NCBI RefSeq assembly: GCF_013122565.1
Contig: NZ_CP053258.1
DNA: 64,000 nt
Reading direction: 5' to 3' (one strand)
From: Escherichia coli
GTDB lineage: Bacteria; Pseudomonadota; Gammaproteobacteria; Enterobacterales; Enterobacteriaceae
A model generated the notes under the pieces. The model saw nothing but the letters and a program-made list of their open reading frames with translations. It was not told the DNA's origin and did not search any database. Each line of letters starts with the position of its first letter. Within the stretch, counting starts at the first letter, position 1. Positions 58,078 to 64,000 of the stretch are shown piece after piece. The translations under genes and the position numbers were made by a program.

Positions 58078-59622
58078 TTACCCCTGTTGCTGCGTCGGTT
58101 GTTCACTCTGCATCGCGCTCGGCCCCAGACGGGCATATTTCTGCATCAGGTAGACTTCGGCGATTAAGAACAGGGTGTAAAGCCCTACGATCATGATCAG
58201 TGAGAAAGCCAGTTGTCCTGTGGTTAAAGCGGAGTGCGCGGAGTATGTCGGTAAGATGTCCTGTATCGCCCACGGCTGACGACCAAACTCGGTCATAAAC
58301 CACCCGGCTTCAATCGCAATCCACGGCAACGGCAAACTCCAGAGCGCCATTTTCAGCACCCAGCGATGCTGGTCGATTTTGCCACGCAGCGTCTGGACAA
58401 GCGCAATCAGCATCACCAGTAGCAGCAGAGAACCACAGCCCACCATGATGCGGAAACTCCAGAATACCGGCGCAACCTGAGGTATCGCGCCACGCATCGC
58501 CGCCTGGTACTGTGCAGCTGTGACATGGTTCATATCCGGCGCATAGCGGGAGAGCAACATGCCGTAACCAAGGTCGCCTTCCAGCTCCCGAAATGCCTGC
58601 AACACATGTGGCTCACGATTGCCTTGCGATATTTCCTGCATTAACAGCCAGGCCATACGTCCGCGTTGCAAGCGTGGGTAGGTTTCAGCCATCAAATTCT
58701 TCAGACCCGGCACGGGTTTATCTAATGAGTGAGTGGCGAGGATCCCTAGCAGCGCGGGAATTTTGATGGCAAAGGCGTTACGCTCTTGATCCTGTTCCGG
58801 CCAGGCAACCACATGGAACGGTGCAGGTGCAGGTTCCGTTTGCCACTCCCCTTCCATCGCCGCCAGTTTTACCGGTTGTACTTGCGCGACTTCATACGCA
58901 GAACTGTCTCCGAGTTGCAGGGTACCGATAATCGCCAGAGTACCGAAGACGGAACCGATGGCAAACGAGCGTAATGCGACATCGCGCTCCCGTCCGCGCA
59001 GTAAATACCAGGCGCTGATCGCCATAATAAACATTGCCCCGGTCACGTAGCCCGCCATTACGGTGTGCACAAATTTCACCTGGCTGACCGGGTTAAAGAC
59101 CAACTCGCTGAAACTGGTCATCTCCATACGCAGGGTGTCGATATCAAAATGCGCACCGGTCGGGTATTGCATCCAACCGTTGGCATTCAATATCCACAAT
59201 GCAGAGAGATTTGAACCGAACGCCACCAGCCACGTCACCAGCAGGTGCTGGTATTTATTCAGCCGCTGCCAGCCGAAGAAGAAAAGCCCGACAAAGGTGG
59301 ATTCGAGGAAGAAGGCCATTAATGCTTCCATCGCCAGCGGTGCGCCAAAAATATCGCCCACATAGTTGGAATAGAATGACCAGTTAGTACCAAACTGAAA
59401 CTCCATCGTCAGGCCGGTAGCCACGCCAAGAGCAAAGTTGATACCGAAGAGCTTACCCCAGAAGCGCGTCATATCGCGGTAGATTGTTTTGCCGGTGACC
59501 ACGTAAATGGTTTCCATGATAGCCAGCAAAAAAATCAGCCCCAGGGTAAGGGGTACAAATAAAAAGTGATACAGCGCGGTCAGAGCAAACTGCCAGCGCG
59601 ATAAATCAATGACATCCCACAT
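58078..59622 (-). CDS. appC: AppC (CbdA), cytochrome bd-II oxidase subunit I
   Basis: 514 aa from [24 protein letters not shown]. Confidence 0.95.
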   Translation of the reverse strand: MWDVIDLSRWQFALTALYHFLFVPLTLGLIFLLAIMETIYVVTGKTIYRDMTRFWGKLFGINFALGVATGLTMEFQFGTNWSFYSNYVGDIFGAPLAMEALMAFFLESTFVGLFFFGWQRLNKYQHLLVTWLVAFGSNLSALWILNANGWMQYPTGAHFDIDTLRMEMTSFSELVFNPVSQVKFVHTVMAGYVTGAMFIMAISAWYLLRGRERDVALRSFAIGSVFGTLAIIGTLQLGDSSAYEVAQVQPVKLAAMEGEWQTEPAPAPFHVVAWPEQDQERNAFAIKIPALLGILATHSLDKPVPGLKNLMAETYPRLQRGRMAWLLMQEISQGNREPHVLQAFRELEGDLGYGMLLSRYAPDMNHVTAAQYQAAMRGAIPQVAPVFWSFRIMVGCGSLLLLVMLIALVQTLRGKIDQHRWVLKMALWSLPLPWIAIEAGWFMTEFGRQPWAIQDILPTYSAHSALTTGQLAFSLIMIVGLYTLFLIAEVYLMQKYARLGPSAMQSEQPTQQQG

Positions 59623-59755
59623 GCGCACTCCTGTAGGCGAAGAGAGAAAAATAACCCGATAATGGTAGATCTCCCTCTTTATCCTGAAACTCTACGACCA
59701 GAGGTATTCGCCGATTGCGATATTCATAAGCCTGAAAGCGATACTTACCGTCTTT

Positions 59756-60613
59756 TTACGTCGGTGCAGCTTCCGCCAGCCACTGACATACCTCGCTAAG
59801 CCGCTGCGCAGAGTCGACCAAATCTTCTGGTGCCGCCAGTACTACTTCCGGTATCGGGCAGATTTCATAACTTTCCAGTAACGGGCCTTTTAAGGTGTCC
59901 GTACAGCGTAAATGCCAGACATGGCGTAACCCCGTGGCGTTGATATAGCTCTCGCCATAGCCAATGGTACGAATCTGAATATTTCCCGGCCCACAGAGAC
60001 GTGAGAGAAAAAGCCGATCAGCCTCGCTGATGGGTAATTGCGTCAGATTAATGCTGTGCGGCTGTGCGTCGGGGTTACGTACATGTGCCAGTAATTCATG
60101 CGCCAACGGTAGGCCATTCATCAGGCCATCAATGGGCGGCGATAACAGCGAATCTGTCGGCAAGAGATTTTGCGTTGCCGCCTGCCACAACGCCAGCGGC
60201 GCGCAGCCAGCCTCCAGTTTGTCCTCCAGCAACTTTTCGCCGCGACGTCTGCGCACCCGCCATAATCCGCAGAAGATCGCCTCCTGTATTTCACTTTCAC
60301 TGTCGTCAGCCTGCTGAATGCGCACTGACACTTCCCCTTCCCCGAGAAGCGTATTGATAAAGTGACGATCGTCGGCGTTGAGATTTAACAGATCGACTGC
60401 CAGCACCTCGCCCAACGGCGGCTGGCGTTCGCTTAGTTGATGTTGTAACTCGTTTAACAGCGCAATCACCTGCGGGCTGTGAGCACATTGCTCCAGGGCC
60501 GCCATACTCGGTTCATCATTCACCTGACAGGTGATCGGCAGTGGATTCATGCTGAAACTGTCATCGTTCGGTTGCGTTCCTGGCCCCAGCAGATGGAAAA
60601 AAGTTTCGCTCAT
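59756..60613 (-). CDS. hyaF: HyaF, hydrogenase-1 maturation protein
   Basis: 285 aa from [20 protein letters not shown]. Confidence 0.9.
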   Translation of the reverse strand: MSETFFHLLGPGTQPNDDSFSMNPLPITCQVNDEPSMAALEQCAHSPQVIALLNELQHQLSERQPPLGEVLAVDLLNLNADDRHFINTLLGEGEVSVRIQQADDSESEIQEAIFCGLWRVRRRRGEKLLEDKLEAGCAPLALWQAATQNLLPTDSLLSPPIDGLMNGLPLAHELLAHVRNPDAQPHSINLTQLPISEADRLFLSRLCGPGNIQIRTIGYGESYINATGLRHVWHLRCTDTLKGPLLESYEICPIPEVVLAAPEDLVDSAQRLSEVCQWLAEAAPT

Positions 60614-61008
60614 GAGGCACGCTCCTGCTGCGGTTCGACAAGCCCGCGCATCAGGTTTATCAGTTCCGCCCACGGGTGAATACCATTCAGCACGCCGCGA
60701 TAGTTTCCGCCGGTAAACACTAATGTGGCGGGAAAGCGAAAGACGCCAAAGCGATCGCCGATGGCTTCGCTCTGCTCAAGGTCAGCAATCGCCACCTGCC
60801 ATGTGTAGTCGGGAAACTCGCGCAGTAATTCGCCAATCATTACCGGATTATCGCTGACCTCTGGCGTGCGTTTCGGGTCACTGCTTAATAACACCATGCC
60901 GTCTGGCGCTTGCGTAAGCCAGTCGTCAAGACGGGATTCACTGACCGGCGTCCAGCCGCGCGCCAGCATTCGTTGCCACAACGCATCAAATGGCGTGTCG
61001 TTGCTCAT
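60610..61008 (-). CDS. hyaE: HyaE, hydrogenase-1 chaperone-like protein
   Basis: 132 aa, [22 protein letters not shown]...; overlaps hyaF and hyaD. Confidence 0.9.
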   Translation of the reverse strand: MSNDTPFDALWQRMLARGWTPVSESRLDDWLTQAPDGMVLLSSDPKRTPEVSDNPVMIGELLREFPDYTWQVAIADLEQSEAIGDRFGVFRFPATLVFTGGNYRGVLNGIHPWAELINLMRGLVEPQQERAS

Positions 61009-61592
61009 CCCTGCTCCTCCTGTGTCATCCGGTACTGGCGCAAGCGAACGCCTTCGTAATTTTCCATCGACAGACAGTCATAATTGAGGCAGCGCGATTC
61101 ATTAGCCGGTTGCGGCACAATTCCCCATGCAGCCAGTTGCGCCAGCGCCGATTGTTCCGCGGCGGGCAGTTGCTCCCGCGCCAGTTCGCTCAGGCTGCCG
61201 CCGTAGTCGTCAAGCATCGCGGGTTGCAGACCGACGAGGGCAATACGTGCTGGCAAATGACCACGTATATCCGCCAGCGCCAACACTTCAGAGAAACTGT
61301 TCTGGTGCAGGCTCATTTTCTTCGCGCTGAGATAAGCCGGAATGCGTTCTCCGGCATAGGTTCGCAGCGTTCCAGGTTCCAGCCCGTAGTCAATGGCATC
61401 GAGAATCAACAGATGACTGGCGCTTTCGACATACCCCAGCAAGTTCAGTCCCTGAGTACCGCCATCGACAATCTCCATATACTCGGGCCAGTAGTAATGG
61501 GCATACAACCGTTCCGCCACCCGCACGCCGAAACCTTCATCGGCCCACAGCAGGTTGCCCAGCCCCATTACCACCACGCGTTGCTCGCTCAT
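61005..61592 (-). CDS. hyaD: HyaD, hydrogenase-1 maturation protease
   Basis: 195 aa, [25 protein letters not shown]... Confidence 0.95.
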   Translation of the reverse strand: MSEQRVVVMGLGNLLWADEGFGVRVAERLYAHYYWPEYMEIVDGGTQGLNLLGYVESASHLLILDAIDYGLEPGTLRTYAGERIPAYLSAKKMSLHQNSFSEVLALADIRGHLPARIALVGLQPAMLDDYGGSLSELAREQLPAAEQSALAQLAAWGIVPQPANESRCLNYDCLSMENYEGVRLRQYRMTQEEQG

Positions 61593-62296
61593 GAACGCTC
61601 CTTGTTACTTATTTTGCCAAATTTGTGGCTACGGTAGCCGTTGACCATAGTGGAGATCACCGTGTCGTCGGACATGATGTCTTCACGCAGCGCCATGTAG
61701 ACATGACCGATCACAAACGCGCCAATCAGCCACATCCCCAGCCGATGCCAGCTGTGAATGTCCATTGAGTTGCCACCCGTCCAGTAGAAAAATTCCACCA
61801 CATAACGGAACGGCGCAAAAATAGCGTACTGGCTGTGTTCGCTGTACAGCGCAAAGCCGGTGATGATCATAAAGACCGACATCAGGAAATAGCCGAACAT
61901 CGCCGCCTGGGCGATGGGGTTATGGCCTATATCGGCACTCGGACGTTTTGCCAGAAACAGATACCAGCGGATTTCATACCACACGCCCTGCCACCAGCTT
62001 TTACGCCATACCGGCACGATAAACAGCTCGCGGGAGTAACGATTGCCAACAAAAGCCCAGTAGATCCGCATCAGCAAGACCACGGTAAAAACCATCCCGG
62101 CGCTGAAGTGAATTAACCTGATGTAGCCCATATAAAACAGATACGTCGCCTCGCCGCTGACGGAAGGTAGCGGCTTGCCGATAAAGTAACCGGTGACCAT
62201 CAACACCGCCATGCATAACACCGTCAGCCAGTGCCAGATGCGGACTGGCGCTTCAAAGACATAGTGGCTGACAACGTTGTCGCTTTTCTGTTGCAT
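61589..62296 (-). CDS. hyaC: HyaC, hydrogenase-1 b-type cytochrome subunit
   Basis: 235 aa membrane protein, [23 protein letters not shown]... Confidence 0.95.
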   Translation of the reverse strand: MQQKSDNVVSHYVFEAPVRIWHWLTVLCMAVLMVTGYFIGKPLPSVSGEATYLFYMGYIRLIHFSAGMVFTVVLLMRIYWAFVGNRYSRELFIVPVWRKSWWQGVWYEIRWYLFLAKRPSADIGHNPIAQAAMFGYFLMSVFMIITGFALYSEHSQYAIFAPFRYVVEFFYWTGGNSMDIHSWHRLGMWLIGAFVIGHVYMALREDIMSDDTVISTMVNGYRSHKFGKISNKERS

Positions 62297-62314
62297 GATG
62301 ATTCTCCTTCGCTG

Positions 62315-64000
62315 TTAACGCACCTGCACGGAGATCAGCTCGCTACCGTCGTCGCCCAGCACGTGTGTTGAACAGGCGAGGCACGGATCAAAGCTGTGCA
62401 GAGTACGCAGGATCTCCAGCGGTTGCTCGGGGATCGCCATTTTGGTGTTCATCAGCGCCGCTTCATAAGCGCCAATCTGCCCTTTGGGATCGCGCGGGCT
62501 GGCGTTCCAGGTGGTCGGCACCACGCACTGGTAGAGATCAATCTTGCCATCGCGAATGGCGGCCCAGTGGCCTAACGCCCCGCGCGGCGCTTCGGTAAAA
62601 CCGACACCACGGCACTCTGTCGGCCAGGTTGTGGGTTCCCATTTTTCCGTGGAGGCGGTGGCGAGATTGCCGTTTTTCAGGTTAGTCATCAGCTTGTTGA
62701 AGAAATACTGCAACTTACCTGCGGCCCACTGTGCTTCGTGCGCGCGGCACAAAATGCGGCCCAACGTTGACTGGATACCGGAAAGCGGCAGGTTCAGCGC
62801 CGACATCATGCGATCGACCGACTCAACGGTCGCAGCATCGCCTTTGTGATAAGCGATTAACGTGCGTGCCAGCGGCCCCACTTCCATCGCGTTACCGCGC
62901 CAGCGGGGCGCTTTGATCCACGAGTAGCGTTCCTGTTCATTCAGCTGCTGAATGTTGGTATCGCTGCCTTTGACATCGCCGGGGTTGTACCAAGGGTCGG
63001 TAATGCCATCGAACGGATGACGCCCGACCTGATCGTTGGGATAACGATACCAGGCGTGATCGACAAACTCCTGCACCTGCTGCGGATCAACCAAATCCAC
63101 TGGCAGCACATTGTTGAAGTCGCCGTTAATCACCGCGCCGCCAGGCATCAGCAGACTTTTCTCACCAAAGTCGTTGGCAATATCCGGGAATGCGCCGTAG
63201 CTGAGGACACATTTATCAGAAAGACCCGTGCCGATTTCGCTCCACGGTTTGTTGAACTGACCAATGGCTAAGGCGTCGGGGATCATCACGTTGTTAATGA
63301 AATCCGCCGTGCGGGTGATAATCGACTGCACCAGGTTCAGGCGTTCCATATTGACCGCCCCGACCGCGCCGCTTTCGTCAATGTTAATGGCGCAAGGCAT
63401 CCCGCCGACAATCCAGTTTGGATGCGGGTTTTTACCGCCAAAGACCGCGTGGATTTTGACAATTTCACGCTGGAAATCGAGAGCTTCGAGATAGTGGGCA
63501 AAGCCCATCAGGTTGGCTTCTGGCGGCAGTTTGTACTGCGGGTGCCCCCAGTAGCCATTGCGGAAGATCCCCAACTGCCCGCCTTCAACGAATTTCTTCA
63601 GGCGGTTTTGTACGTCGAAGAAATAGCCAGGGGATGATTTCGGCCAAGAGGAGAGACTTTGCGCCAGTTCGGAGGTTTTTCGCGGGTCGGCTTTCAGCGC
63701 ATCTAACACGTCGATCCAGTCCATCCCGGCGAGCTGATAGAAGTGCACCAGATGATCGTGGCACCAGAGCGTTGCCAGCATAATGTTGCGGATGATATTG
63801 GCGTTGTCCGGCACTTTAATACCGATGGCATCTTCGATGGCGTAAACCGAAGCCAGAGCGTGTACGCCAGTACAGACGCCGCAGATACGTTCAACGAACG
63901 CCCACGCATCGCGCGGGTCGCGTCCTTGCAGGATGATCTCCAGCCCGCGAAACATGGTGCCGCAGGAGACGGCATTGGTGATCACATTCTGATCGTTAAT
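62315..64000 (-). CDS. hyaB: HyaB, hydrogenase-1 large subunit (N-terminus beyond window end)
   Basis: C-terminal 556 aa are present, with the NiFe-hydrogenase C-terminal motif DPCLACSTH. The ORF runs off the window edge. Confidence 0.9.
   Translation of the reverse strand: MNDQNVITNAVSCGTMFRGLEIILQGRDPRDAWAFVERICGVCTGVHALASVYAIEDAIGIKVPDNANIIRNIMLATLWCHDHLVHFYQLAGMDWIDVLDALKADPRKTSELAQSLSSWPKSSPGYFFDVQNRLKKFVEGGQLGIFRNGYWGHPQYKLPPEANLMGFAHYLEALDFQREIVKIHAVFGGKNPHPNWIVGGMPCAINIDESGAVGAVNMERLNLVQSIITRTADFINNVMIPDALAIGQFNKPWSEIGTGLSDKCVLSYGAFPDIANDFGEKSLLMPGGAVINGDFNNVLPVDLVDPQQVQEFVDHAWYRYPNDQVGRHPFDGITDPWYNPGDVKGSDTNIQQLNEQERYSWIKAPRWRGNAMEVGPLARTLIAYHKGDAATVESVDRMMSALNLPLSGIQSTLGRILCRAHEAQWAAGKLQYFFNKLMTNLKNGNLATASTEKWEPTTWPTECRGVGFTEAPRGALGHWAAIRDGKIDLYQCVVPTTWNASPRDPKGQIGAYEAALMNTKMAIPEQPLEILRTLHSFDPCLACSTHVLGDDGSELISVQVR

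Overview
This window is an Escherichia coli chromosomal segment that matches, in inverted orientation, the K-12 region from hyaB to ycdT/pgaA, with a strain-specific accessory block at the left end. All identifications rest on reading the supplied ORF translations and the DNA against recalled protein sequences and motifs; no database search was run. The conserved backbone (12.4-64 kb) runs dgcT(ycdT), pgaABCD, phoH, efeBOU, putP/putA, rutR/rutABCDEFG, ymdF, wrbA-yccJ, agp, yccE, cbpAM, torDAC/torR/torT/torS, yccM, gnsA-ymcE, cspG/cspH, appA-appX-appB-appC and hyaFEDC with a truncated hyaB. Recognisable regulatory DNA includes PutA operators (GTTGCA), four tor boxes, a sigma54 promoter for rutA, a phoH pho box, a candidate Fur box for efeU and REP elements. 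The accessory block (about 1-12.3 kb) is AT-rich and absent from K-12 at this site. It carries a chaperone-usher fimbrial operon with a LuxR-like regulator, a KduD-like dehydrogenase, a membrane-anchored ToxR/MarT-like regulator with a small ToxS/FidL-like partner, and a CSS-EAL c-di-GMP phosphodiesterase (pdeT/vmpA-like) directly downstream of dgcT. The most interesting candidate system is this adhesion and c-di-GMP island, in particular the uncharacterised ToxR-like two-gene module sitting between the fimbrial operon and the dgcT-pdeT-pgaABCD biofilm genes. Other differences from K-12 are an intact efeU and the absence of the gfcABCDE-etp-etk capsule locus (and of IS1 and IS3), with appA and cspH abutting at their 3' ends. 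No rRNA, tRNA, CRISPR array or transposase was recognised.
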